A stretch of 64,000 nucleotides of DNA from the human T2T-CHM13v2.0 reference genome, Homo sapiens (GCF_009914755.1 NC_060938.1), one strand, 5' to 3'; counted from the stretch's first letter, positions 38,240 to 50,829 are shown. Numbers and translations are program-made. The notes: generated by a model not told the origin, from the sequence alone.

Positions 38240-38960
38240 ACCCAAATTAATCTAACACCATTCTAGTAAACATTTATACCTACTATGTGCCAGGCACATA
38301 AACACACACACACACACACGTTGAGAGCAGGAGATGTGAATGGATGCAAGCGTGTAGTGCAAAATAATGTATTGATACACGTTTGTGGGATATACCATGA
38401 GAACTCAGAGGAGAAAGAAATAAATTGTGTCCCAGAGTAGAGCATTGGTCTAAGAAGGCTGCTAAGAAGAGGTGACGGCTGAGCGCAGTGGCTCACGCCT
38501 CTAATCCCAGCACTTTGGGAGGCCAAGGTGGGTGGATCTGCTCAGGTCAGGAGTTTGAGACCAGCCTGGCCAACATGGTTAATACCTTCCCTTCCTTCCT
38601 TCCCTGTTAATACAAAAATTAGCCGGGCATGGTGGCATGTGCCTATAATCCCAGCTACTCAGGAGGCTGAGGTAGGAGAATCACTTGGACCCATGAGGTG
38701 GAGGTTGCAGTGAGCAGAGATTGTGACATCGAACTCCAGCCTGGGTGACAGAGCGAAGAGGTAACATTTGCATCAGGCCTCTTTGGAAAAGTCAGAGCCT
38801 TCTAGGCAAGAAAGGAGAGGGAGAAAGTTGCCGGCCAAGTGATGAATAGGAATAAAAGTCCTAAAAATACAGGTAAGTGATGAATCCAAGGAGTTTTCCA
38901 GGAAGCTGCAGCCTAGCGAGCTGGAGCAGATACAGGAGAACATCGGCAGGAGAGGAGACT
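38240..38960 (-). mobile_element. L2 fragment, interrupted by an Alu
   Basis: aaacatttatacctactatgtgccaggcac tail; gaagaggtgacatttg motif split by the Alu. Confidence 0.6.
38477..38754 (+). mobile_element. AluSx-like element lacking its 3' end and A-tail
   Basis: Ends at gggtgacagagc, directly followed by TSD gaagaggtaac (left copy gaagaggtgac at 38466-38476). Confidence 0.9.
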
Positions 38961-39165
38961 GACGTGGTTGGCTATCTGTGGGAAATAACAACTTCTTTAT
39001 TAATCATGAAATAATATATACTGATGGATTTTTTTAAGATAGAAGAGTGAAAAATGATGTGTTAAGTTGAAAGTACCTCCTCAATCCTCCCTTCCCAGCC
39101 AAAATTTTGTTGAGGAGGAAACAACAGTTCCCTGGGTAAAAAGTTCTACACAGGTGTCATAGAAG

Positions 39166-39166
<1 letters not shown>

Positions 39167-39204
<38 letters not shown>
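39167..39204. repeat. (TG)19 microsatellite
   Basis: Uninterrupted TG run. Confidence 0.95.
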
Positions 39205-39205
<1 letters not shown>

Positions 39206-40444
39206 ATGCACGCTTACAGATATAAACCTTATTATATTTAATGTTGTGAGGGGATGTTTAAGCACAGGTGTGACATAATCAGAGATGTACTGTAGAAAAT
39301 TCTCAAGGGTCTCAAAAGCCACTGAACAAACAACACACAGGAGCTTGGGTGGAGACTCGCGGGGCACTGCAGGAATGTCTGGTTCTGTTAAGCCCTGTCC
39401 TTGGTGCTTGTAATAGCTTTCTCAGACCCAGAGTTTTATGAAATGTCTCTTACTCGTCTTTTTTTTCCTGCTGTGCTATTTACTTTCATTCATAGAGTAG
39501 CTTCAGTTCAATAAATGATGTGTTTGCCATCAGAACAATTTGATTCTCGTTCTAATTATAGCAACAAGCTGCTTCCCCTAAGCATATTATGGGTGTTTCA
39601 TTATTTTAAATTGTTATCTTCCATATTAATTACAGAAACAGTTGATCTTTTCTGATAAGCAGGCAGCTGCAAATTCCCTTTTTATGTCTCATTGTAATAG
39701 GTGAAGCATCAGGTAAAAATTAAATCAAATCCTAATGCAAGACATGCTGAAAGCACATTTGGGTTGCAATCCATTGCCTCCATTTGGCTAGGACTTGCTG
39801 TTTTCCAGAGGCACAGAGCTGCCTGGCTCAGCCCTCAGGCAGGACACACCCTCCAGCTAGCTTGGTGCTGCTGACCAAGATCTCATAAAAGCCTCCTCCC
39901 CAAGGAAAATGAATAATTGATACAAGGAGTAAATCACCTCCTGAAATGGGGAAGGCCAGAGAGACAAATGACTCCCTGTTTTGACCCATAATTGGGGCTG
40001 TCACTCACTGGAAGGAGAGGGCAGGGTGGTGGGACATCGGTGTTCTGGGAAAGCCACTCCCTGCAAGGAGAGAGGCCAAAGGCTCAAGTGACTCAGCTTA
40101 GATGTTCCTGATTATGATCAGAAGTGGGGACAGGTGGGGCCATCCCAATTCAGATCCCAGAAGCTTGAATTGCCCAGACACGTCTCCAGCCTTCCCCTTC
40201 CTGGTGAGGACTGGTCACGTGTCAAGGCCAGCCTCAGGGGCAAACGCAACATGCTTCTGAAGTAGTGGCCTTTATTTGATGTGGAGTGAGCCGGGCCATT
40301 GTTCGCCCTGCACTTCCACCTCTGACTTATTTATGTGTACTCCATCTCAAGGTGTTGAAACCAGATACCAGAAAGGTAGGAGAGAGGAAGAAAAGAAAAA
40401 GGACAGACACAGAAAGATGTAGAAAAAATAGAAAGATGAAAGGA

Positions 40445-40527
40445 GGAAGGAAGGAAAGAAGGAAGGAAGGAAGGAAGGAAGGAAGGAAGGAAGGAAGGAA
40501 GGAAGGAAGGAAAGAAGGGAGGGAGGG
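40445..40527. repeat. (GGAA)n microsatellite
   Basis: (GGAA)3 AGAA (GGAA)13 AGAA (GGGA)n. Confidence 0.95.
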
Positions 40528-41316
40528 CGGGCAGGCGAAGGGAGGGGAGAGAAGAAGAAATCCTATAATACAATGGGATGAAGAATAGATAAAGAAGGCA
40601 AAGTGAAGGAAGACAGACAGGAGATTAGTGAAATAAACAGAGAGAAAAATTAGTTCACAGAAACATATGATAGTACTTCATAATTGTTAAAGTTGAGTTA
40701 AAAAATTAACTCTGAGCTCTCTAGTAGCTAAAGTAAAGAAGAAAACAATCAGTTGTGAGAACCAGATAGGAAATATATAACAGAAGTCACCCAGAAGAAT
40801 TCAAGTCTAAAATAAATTTATTAAAGATGTCCTCATAAAAAGGTGTGAGTTGTGAGTAGAATCAATGATATCCCCAACTGTCAATTCTACAAGATAAGCC
40901 TATTTCTTAACACACCTATGTCAAGCAGAGGTTGTAATGCAACGTTCAGCTACATTAAAGGGCTTCCATGAGGAAAATGCTGCAGAACCCTTAGTGGTCT
41001 GAATTAATTTGACTTTGAATAAAGATGAAGTCCAGGAGGCGTTTGTGGACCATTTGAGATACTTCTGCTGCGTAGAATCACCAGAACATGCAAAAGAGAT
41101 TCATGGAAAAGCCTGCACTTCAGCGTCTTTGGAGAGCAATGGGAGAATACCTTAGTTCAATGTCAGTGTGTATGACATGGTGTATGTATTAGTTCAGTGT
41201 GTATGTATTAGTCAGTGTGTATGTATTAGTTCAATGTCAGGAAAGCAATGAAAAATATTCTTCCTGCATAATGTGAATAAGCCCTCACTCTGCTGCAACG
41301 CTTTACAGTCTAGCTG

Positions 41317-41518
41317 CAGTGCTGTTCAAATGAACTTTCAGTGATGATGGAAATGTTCTATATCTGTATTGTCCAATCTGGCAGCCACATGTGACAACTG
41401 AGCACTTGAAATGTGGCCAGTGCAATGGAGAAACTGAGTTTCTAATTTCATTTAATTTTGACTTAAAAGTGTTTAAAAAGCCATGCGTGACTAGTGACTA
41501 CCATATTGAATAGCACAG
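41317..41518 (+). mobile_element. MER3 hAT-Charlie MITE
   Basis: cagtgctgttcaaatgaactttcagtgatgatggaaatgttctatatctg...gagcacttgaaatgtggc...catattgaatagcacag. Confidence 0.9.
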
Positions 41519-41654
41519 GAATTCACTTTCTCCACTGCACTGTGGTTTTTCCTACTGTCTGCTTCCCCTTCCTGTGTGGACAGGGTTTACTCTACTCATA
41601 ATTCAAAGACAAACACACAGTGGGAACCAGGGGAGAACTCATTCTGAGGGAAGC

Positions 41655-41830
41655 CTGGTGAAAGAACAGGAGTCGGGGTCACCAGAGCCAGGTTCAAATC
41701 TTGACTCTTAAAGACCTTCAACTTAGAAGATCACTTCCCTGAGCCTCAGTTTCCCTATCTTTTAAATAAGGAAAGTAATCCCTAATTTCCTAAAAGCAGG
41801 TGGAGATACAGTTGTAAATACAGACAGCCA
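41655..41830 (+). mobile_element. MIR SINE
   Basis: ccaggttcaaatcttgactct...ctgagcctcagtttccctatct. Confidence 0.7.
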
Positions 41831-42464
41831 CATAAAAGTCCTAGCTATGTATATGTAAATGTGGAGAAACAGGCTTAAACGGTGGATGCCAGAGTGAGAA
41901 GAGAGGACCCTCAGAAAACGGCGCCATGAAGAAAGACTGTCTTGGTCTTGACTTTCATAATGTCAAGAAAGGACTAACATTGTACTTGTGAAATTTTTTA
42001 AAAGCTAATTTAAGAAAAAACAAAAAAAAAAACCTGGAATACATTTGTTTTAATTTTCTTCTCCCCCAATATACTATGTATCAATGAGGTGAGAGAGATC
42101 ATTAATTCATTTGTTTATTCATTCATCCATTCATTCATTCAATGAATATTTTCCAAGTGCTCACCATATATCTGGCCTTTGAGATCCTTCATTCTGGAGG
42201 ACACCCCATGGGGCATGCCTTTCTCTTCTCTGGCAGAAATGAGTCCCTTTCCACCCAGCTCTCCCTTCTGGGAAACATCCAATCCAAACCAGAGACTCCA
42301 CACCGCTGGATGTTACTGAAGTGATGCTTTCCACAAGCATGGTATATGGCTGGCAGCAACGCCTGGATCAGTCTTACTTGAAACAACAGCTGTTATCTCT
42401 TTATAAAAATTCAAGCAACCCTGAAAAGCAATGTTTTGCAATGTGTGATGTGTTGAATGCATAA

Positions 42465-42908
<444 letters not shown>

Positions 42909-42914
42909 TAAGTC

Positions 42915-43360
42915 ACACAGAGGCCCCTGACCACCTATAGAGGAAAATAAAATCTCTTCAATGCAACACTTAAGGCTCTTCTTATTCTAGGCTCAGCTGG
43001 ACAACTCCAGATCCATCCTCCCGGCTCCTTGTAGCCCTCCCTGGCTCCAAGCTACCTGTCTGTCTGTGGTTCCCAAGCATCCCTGACTACCTTCTTGCTC
43101 CTGTAATCTCTACTCTCGCTAAGGCCTTCGCTACTGCCTGCTCTTCTTCCCACAGAGCTTCCTCAACCTGCAGGCCCTGACCAAGCCTCACGTCACCTTC
43201 TCTGTTAAGTCCTGAGTCACCTGGGTGGGGCCAGTCATACTACAAGCTGTTCCAGCAGCCCTGGATTAACCTCTGTCTCTGCACGTGTTTTACTCCATTG
43301 CAGTGGTCCATTTCCTGAGCACTGGATAATGAACAGTTTGGGATTGAGGTCCAGGCCTTA
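42915..43360 (+). mobile_element. L2 fragment
   Basis: Pyrimidine-rich L2 3' region motifs (aaggctcttc, gtcaccttctctg, ctggataatgaac). Confidence 0.55.
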
Positions 43361-43364
43361 TAAA

Positions 43365-43590
43365 AAACCTTCACGCACATGTATGAAGTCTACGTTTTGT
43401 TCACAACCCCCCACTCACAAAATGCAATGGGGCAGCCACCTTTATGATTTCCATTTTTCAGATGAGAAAACTGAGATGAAGATAGGTTAAGGAATGTGTC
43501 CAGGTAACACATTTTCCAAGTGACGGATCTGTGGTCTGACTTTAGGCAGAATACATTTAGAATCTGAGTTTCAACATCTCTCTGCTCCCA
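43365..43590 (-). mobile_element. MIR SINE
   Basis: ccatttttcagatgagaaaactgagatg...ggttaaggaatgtgtccaggtaacac. Confidence 0.75.
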
Positions 43591-44494
43591 GGACCTAGCT
43601 CAACTACTGGCACGTAAGAGATCAACACATACGGTGGGTTGGACCCTAGGTCTGAAGGGATAAGAAGCCTAAAGGCCCCATGGCCAGGCTTTTGAAGACC
43701 TGACTCACCCACCACATGGGATGACTCAGCTCAGAAACATGGACCCTCAGCCCAGCAGAATCCAGAAGCTTGATGCCCAACCTGTCCCCATCCACATCCC
43801 CAACTGGATGTGTGCTGTGCAATTCACCTAGGACATCACCCTGCCCCAGGCCTGTTTGCATCTTACTTTTTTCTCTGAGAAGTCCAGCGATATCTTACTT
43901 TCTCAATGACATCTCTCAATTACTCAAGGTCTCAAAATTCTTCCCCCAGCCCTCTGCATTTTCAGATTTAACTAACATGTATTACCATCAGCCATGAGCC
44001 ACAACCACAGGCACTTTTCTGCACTTTGTTCATCTAGTCCTCCCCCAAATCCTAGGAGGTCAATGTTATTGTCTTCATTTTGCAAAAGTAAATATCAGAA
44101 GGATTCACGCCATGCAACAAAGGTACGGTAAATTAAGGATTCAGTTTCATGCTTGCATTTCTGCACCAACACGCATACAAGAGACAATTGCCAAGGTGCT
44201 AATGGCAATCAACACATTAGACCAGGATGGATTTTTTTTCACCAATTTTCACTTGTGCTTTTCTTCATGCATTTTTCCCTTACACCTGTGTTGTTTTGCA
44301 ATATTTTATTTTGTAATGAAAACTTATGTTTTATTTTCATGACACATAAATCTTTGTTGGTTTAGATGTTACTCATATAAGAATGATGTTTCTTTTAGTC
44401 CATTATGCTCTCTTCTGTTTTCCTTGAAACACTTTCCTGGAGCATGGTCTGTTTCATTTTCCTCTTAACTCTACTGTGACTGAAATGACAATGC

Positions 44495-44826
44495 AGGTCA
44501 GATTGTAAGGGGCACCCCAACTGGAGAGACAGCAGGGGCTGGTGGGGACTGCACCAAACTAAAGATAATATATTAACACTTCATCTAAAGGGCACAGCTG
44601 GGACTAAAATTTAGTGGATTGTTTCCAGATTTCTTAATTATTCCCTTTTTAAAGATAATTGGGCAATAAAGATTTTTAAGTGAAATCTGAATTTACAATT
44701 TTGGCAACTAAATCAAATGGTTTTTCTTCCTTGTTTTCATATTTTATTTGTTTATTTGTCAAGAAAAACCAAATAGCACTTGTTTACAGTCCTGAACTAG
44801 CCTGAAATTGCTAGCTGGTGACCTGT
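44495..44826 (-). mobile_element. MER102-like hAT-Charlie relic
   Basis: gatttttaagtgaaatct...ttttggcaactaaatc and terminal gctagctggtgacctg; strand uncertain. Confidence 0.5.
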
Positions 44827-45824
44827 TCTACAACATTGATAGCCACCTCTAACACACTACAGTACTTGAGTAACCTACCTTATCTACCTGATACATTAAC
44901 ACATATTTCATTAATTTCTTGCCTCTAACTACATCAAAAACTCCTCCAGGGCAGAGATGCTACCTGACTCAGCTTTGACAGCCCACAGGTTTTGCTTCCC
45001 GGGAAACTGAGCCATGAACATTTGTTTCTGATGCACTCTGATTAATTCACTTCATTCTCTCCACATAAAATACCAGAACAAAAAGAAACTATTTCCAAGT
45101 TAATTGTCAGGCGCTGATCATCATACTAACGATCTGATTTGTGCATTGTCTGATTTGATCTTACAAGTTCACTACAAGGCTCTCATAACCCCCAATTTAA
45201 AAGGTAAGGAAACTAAGGTGCGTCAAGGTTGAGAAATTCCTGTGTCAGATGTCAGCAGACAACTCATATCTGATTCCAGAGAACACCTTTCTGGTACTAC
45301 CTCATACTCACACAAAAGCCAACACTCTCCCAAGGATTTTGTTTGAAAAGATGTGTTCCAGTTAAATGGCCTTTAAAAATGCAAACATAGAAAGAATGAG
45401 TCAAGTACTGCCGCTGTGATTAGAGTTTGTATGACTGCAAAATGCCAGTAGACTCCTCATAGACAGAGGGGCCGCTGATTGCTTAGGTATACAAGTGAAA
45501 ATGCCTCCCTTTAAAATGCTGAAAGGCAAATCAAACCCTTTTTGGATGATTCTAATTCAAAGATGCTTTAAAGAGAATTTCTCCGCACCAGCCAGGGCAT
45601 GTTGAAGAGACACGCAGAGAAACTATGACAAGCACCAGCCCCACTGGTCAGTTGAGACTTGTCCCTCAAGAGTATGTGAATCGAGGTCACTGCAGGTCAG
45701 AGAGGGTTCTCAGGAACCCGTGAGCTTCTGCCTTTAAATCAACATAACCCATACTCATGAGCCCCACCCAACGCCTTTAACCCTCCAAGAGCAGCCGCCA
45801 TAAAGCAGAACTTGTTCCAGAGAG

Positions 45825-45985
45825 TAATGGAAGAACCTTGATCTTATCTCGAGCAGTGTATTATTGCTGTGTGGCTTTGGACAAGTCATTTAGCTTCTTT
45901 GGAGTTATTACCCATACAACCTGCACCTGGTGAGGAAAGAGATGCTGTCTAAGGCCCCTTTCCAGCTCTGATGGCTGAAGATTCC
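45825..45985 (+). mobile_element. MIR3 SINE
   Basis: gctgtgtggctttggacaagtcattta plus MIR3 tail tctaaggcccctttccagctctg. Confidence 0.7.
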
Positions 45986-46127
45986 GTTAACTCCTCCCAG
46001 CCCAAGTTCTGATTGGTGGTCTCTCTATATTGGTGGTATTTTTCAGCATGTTCTTCCTCCTGGACACCCAGGCACAGAAGCCAGGGGTCCCTGTTTTGTT
46101 AGTTGGTTTATTGCTGTTTTAAGAAAC

Positions 46128-46325
46128 CAATAATGGCAAACACTTCTAAGTGCTTTATAATTTATTCTTTAATCTTCACAACATCCCTGTGGAGTAGATG
46201 CTATGGAGAAACCAAGGCAGAGAGTGATCAAGCATTTTGCCCAAGGTCACACAGCTAGGAAGTGTAGAATCTGGGATTTGAACTTAGGTCTGTGGGCTTC
46301 GGAGAACTTGTTCTTTATGACTTTA
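46128..46325 (-). mobile_element. MIR SINE
   Basis: tttaatcttcacaacatccctg...ttgcccaaggtcacacagctaggaagt...ctgggatttgaac. Confidence 0.85.
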
Positions 46326-46326
46326 C

Positions 46327-46500
46327 CAGTATTTCCCAAGCTTGTCTCAAATTAGGATCACCTGGGAATCTGAAAATTTCCAAAGCTAAGGTCATACCCT
46401 GTACCCATTAATTCACCATCTCTAGGGTAGGATACAGGCATGAGTGCTCTTGGGAGCTCCCTTGGTGCTCCCAGTGTGCCGACAAGTTTGGGAACTTCTG
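46327..46500. mobile_element. MER5A-family hAT MITE
   Basis: TIR-like ends cagtatttcccaagctt ... aagtttgggaacttctg; internal ggatcacctggga. Confidence 0.8.
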
Positions 46501-46872
46501 CATCAGCCTATAAAGCTCCCTCTAGTCTAGGGTTCGGGGATGAGACGATCAGGGAGTGGAGAGAGATAAGCCTCTCCACTCTGAGTTTACGTCCTGGCTC
46601 TGCCTTTTAATGGCACCTGCAAGCCTTTGCAAGCTACCCAATGGCTCTGGGACTGTGTCTTCTCTCTTGCCCCAACACTCTTTGCTTCGTTATTTGTTCA
46701 GTGATCTTGAAGAAGCCACCCAATATTTCTAAGGCTCTGTTTTCTTTCCTTTAAAATGGCTTTCTAATACTTATCCAAGGGTTCTTATGAAGAGTAAAGG
46801 AAATAAACTATGTGAAAATGTCATCTGTTAAAAAAGTACGCTGAATTAAAATGACCACCTACCTCCAGCAAT

Positions 46873-47064
46873 CTCAGATAAACACACACATGCACCAGTT
46901 CAGACAACACAAGCAGACACACACACACACATGCACCCACCTCAGACAACACAAGACACACACACACACAGTTCAGACAACAGAGGCACACCCACACCCA
47001 CACACATACACTCAGTTCAGACAACACAGGCAGACACACACATACACACACACACACATCCACC
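46873..47064. repeat. CA-rich minisatellite with a recurring tcagacaac anchor
   Basis: 4-5 units of (cagt/cacc)tcagacaaca...(CA)n with variable CA length. Confidence 0.85.
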
Positions 47065-47699
47065 AACGGCAAGAAAATACATCTAATCCGATACCTGTAT
47101 TAAACATTAACAGCTTAGTTTTCATTTGCATTTTATAAAGACATCATCAAAATCTCCCATTCTCCTTATGCTTGATAGCTGTGTGTCTTTATTTAAGTTC
47201 AGAGAAGAAAAGGCTACATCGGCTAAAGATGTTTTCCTGCCTAGAATGACAGTGGTGGTGAAGGCTTTTTCATAAATTTGAAAAATAAAAGTGTTTTCAT
47301 TTTCTTGTTGCTATAATAACCTTGCAAGAGATAGAAATGAGAGTCTATTTTCTAACTGAAATTGTTTTCCTCAAGCGTAGGCTCACTCTTCACACTGTTG
47401 GCTATTATTGTGGGGTTGCTAATGAATGTTGACCTACTAGCACTTGCAATAATGCATTCTTTTAAATACGACAGTGATGTCTTAAATTACAGGGAGGTTT
47501 CAAATAAGAGGATAATGTCTGTTTTACTTGGGTGGCACCATTCATTAGAATTGTTTTTTACCAATATAGTTAATAGAATAATCCTTATTCAAGTTTAGTA
47601 TTTTATCACTGCAAGATGCCAGAATATCATCACTCACTCTAATATTGGCTCCTTGCTCCATCTAAATTGGTCTCTTCACGCTGAAGTGTCACTCTTTGA

Positions 47700-48270
47700 A
47701 GAATCCTTTAAATGTATCCCCAACTCTAAAACCTCTTTTCTCCATCTCTCTCTCAAGCTTCTCCCGCCTATCTCATCTCCCTGTCTCACTACACCAATGC
47801 ACCCTCCCACTGCCACCAGAATTAGCTTCTAGAAGCACAGATCCAATATCATCCTTTTGATTTAAAACTTCTTCTGGCTTTCTGATGTGTATGAGAAAAA
47901 AGCATGGTACCTGGATGCCTTAGGGACCTGGATCTCCTACAAGTCTCCACTAGTCTCCTTGAGCTCCAGGCCACGGAACTTTTCTGCATTGTCTAACAAT
48001 GCCATGATCTTTCACACTCTGATGTCTTTGCTCCTATAGTTATTTTTGCTTATATTAGGAAAGAAGTGAGAGAAATTATCATTTCTTCAGCAATTAGTAT
48101 GCACTGTGGGCTTGGTAGCACTCCACATACATCATTTCTTTCCTACTATCCTCACTCCAACACATCCTTCAAGATGAAATGCAATGCCCCTAACCCAGTG
48201 AAGCCTTCCCAGATGTCTCAAGGATAGCCTTCTCTTCTCCCTGCCCATCATATCCTGAGCTATAATAGCA
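47700..48270 (+). mobile_element. L2 fragment(s)
   Basis: cactgccaccagaattagcttctagaagcacagatc...gtgaagccttcccaga. Confidence 0.6.
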
Positions 48271-48274
48271 CTGT

Positions 48275-48715
48275 GTTTTAAGACACGATTCCTAACTACA
48301 CAGCCTGAATGAAGATTCTTTTGTATGTAACTTATTGAGAGAGAGCTCTCAGGTAAAACCTGTAAGAAAAGTGAATAGCAAGATGGTGCTGGGGAAGAAG
48401 ACATGGTTTCAGCTGAAGTCTAGCCTTACCCTGATCCCAAGGGGAGCTCTGAGGCATAACCTGTTCTGCTTTGAAATCAGTGGCAGGCTTCTTTGCTCCC
48501 TATCAGCCAGTCATTGGCTATAGGCCATGTTTTGGATAATGGATGAGGAGACAGGACCTCCTGAGCAGCACTGGGCTGGGTAAGGCTGCCCCACTGGCCA
48601 TGTTAATTTCCTGGGAAGTGTAAATCTATGAGCCACTGGCAGCCGACACTCAGCGGCTGAAAGATGACTGCAACAGTCTGGTTGAAGTGATCTGAAGGTT
48701 TATTACAAACTGTGC
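48275..48715 (-). mobile_element. LTR16C-like (ERVL) solo LTR
   Basis: tggtttcagctgaagtctagcct...ctgatcccaaggggagctctg...tatcagccagtcattggct. Confidence 0.8.
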
Positions 48716-49647
48716 TTCCTTTATTTTATTTATTTATTTATTTTCTACAAGGCTCCCTTTCATTAGCCTGGGAGACTCATGGAAATTGTGAATATGTCTT
48801 CTTTATATTAAATCCTGAGAGCCTAGCTCAATATTAGAAATGTAGTAGGAGCACTATGTTGTTTTAAATAAGTGACTGTATTACTTTAAATGAATGGCCT
48901 ATAATCATTAGAGAATAGTTCTAGACTCTAAGAATTTAATAAGCTACCAGATAGGATTCTAGACTTCTGGAAATTTGCTGTCCACTTGGGGAGATGAGGA
49001 ACACTCATACTGAATAACTGGAACTCTTTCCAAGGTTGTATGAAAAGAATGGCATGTACAGTATTGAATTCCAGGCACTGTGCTAGGCATTTGGCACATG
49101 AGATATGTGCAAAAATCAGTTGGTTCTTTGACCAAAGTTGTCGACAGATGAATAATTACAGTATTACTCACTCCTCTGACTTCTGTAAGAGAAAGATCTC
49201 TGCATGCTAGTTCAGGTCAAGAGCTTTCCACTGCTGTAAAGAATTTGGGAATTAAGCAAGGAAGAGAGAAAGTTAAAAAAAAATCCATAAAGACCATAGT
49301 ATCCATGCAATAGAGAGAAGAAAAAGAGGGAGAAGGGAGAAGAATAAACAGATAAGCTAGGAGTTCTCTGTTTGGAATTGCAAGCAGAGAGTAAAAGTGT
49401 TGAGAATTAGGTATTGGGGATTTTAAATGTGACAGAGATCAGAAAAGAGGAATTTTTAGATGGTTGATGTGTATTAATTACGTATTCTTCCTCTTTCTTT
49501 GACATTTCTTTCACAAGATAAATACGTTGTTAAGTACTTTCAGCTACCTTTTGGTTGCTGGAATGTATCTGTTTGAATGCAGTGCTATGTTGAGATAGTA
49601 GCACAGGAGGCCCGGGATTTATTTGGGTTATACACAGAATATCTCAT

Positions 49648-50009
49648 TGCTGCGGTGATGATGTTTGTGTCCCCCTAAACCCATATGTTGAAACCTAATC
49701 TCCAATGTGATACTTTAAGACATGGGTCCTGTGGGAGGTGATGAGGTCATGAGGTTGTGGTCCTCATAAATGGGATTAGTGCCCTTATAAAAATAGCCCA
49801 GAGAGCTGCCTTGCCTTTCCACCACTTGAAGACACAGCTAGAAGGCCCCATCTGTGAACCGGGAAACAGAACCTCACCAGACACCAAACCTGCCAGTGTC
49901 TTGATCTTGGACTTCCCCAGCCTCCAGATCTGTTAGAAATAAACTTTTGTTGTTTATAAGCCACCCAGCCTAAGGTATTTTGCAATAGCAGCCTGAACAG
50001 ACTGAGGCA
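49648..50009 (+). mobile_element. MLT1A0 solo LTR
   Basis: tgtgtccccctaaacccatatgttgaaacctaatc...gggattagtgcccttataaa...aataaa...gactgaggca; TSD ctcat/ctgat. Confidence 0.92.
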
Positions 50010-50829
50010 CTGATATAATGGGTATTAAACTCATTTTAATCGTAAAGTGACTAAGGCTCAAATAGGTTAGATAAGGTGTCCAAAAGGCATGCACATTTCA
50101 GAATTTGACTCCAAGTTTTTCAGACTTCCAATGCATACTCTGGTGACTCTGCTACACAACATCCCTGGTAAAGAATACATTGAAGTTCAGCCCCATGAGA
50201 AACTCCTGGGGAAAACTCACATGAACCTTGACTCCACCTTCCTGAGGACTTGACTTGAGGTGGTGCAGCGTCGAGAGAACTCTCTGTGACATGGGATGAA
50301 AAGGACAGCCTTATCAGGAGAAATGGACCTTCAGCTGGGCCTGGAGTCTGGATCTGATATCTCCATCCAAGCTCTCTAATTTCAGAGACTGCCCAGGCCC
50401 ATTTGGTAATGAGCAAATTGAAGATAGGCATTAAACAAAAGAAAAAACATCACCCTGCTATTTCAGGCAAAACTATTGAAGTTATTTTTGTAGACTCAAA
50501 CCAGATTGGCCGACTTCTGTGCTAAAAAATTAATTCACTTCAAGAATTACTGAGATTTGTTCTTTCTTATTTGCCTTAGATGACACCAAATAACTGGTGA
50601 GATGGGAATGCTTCCCTCTTCCCTCTTTGTTTTTGAAGTTGTATTGATACAGCCATCAAGCTGTCATTCAAAGCATCTGAAAGAAGCAGTATTTTCCCTT
50701 CCCTAAACTCTCTTGTTTTGAGAGACACTACTCACCTGTTTCAACAGCTTAAAATTATGTCGAGAGCTAGATCCCACTTGCAAAATGAAATTTTTTCATT
50801 CTTCACTTGCAAGAAAACCCCAATGCGTG

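Noticed and set aside
38861-38880. Perfect donor CAG|GTAAGT
   Set aside because: It lies in an antisense L2 relic with no convincing upstream acceptor, and isolated donors are common by chance.
46873-47064. Repeat-spacer appearance suggesting a CRISPR-like array
   Set aside because: The spacers are CA microsatellite rather than unique sequence, the DNA is primate, and there are no cas genes.
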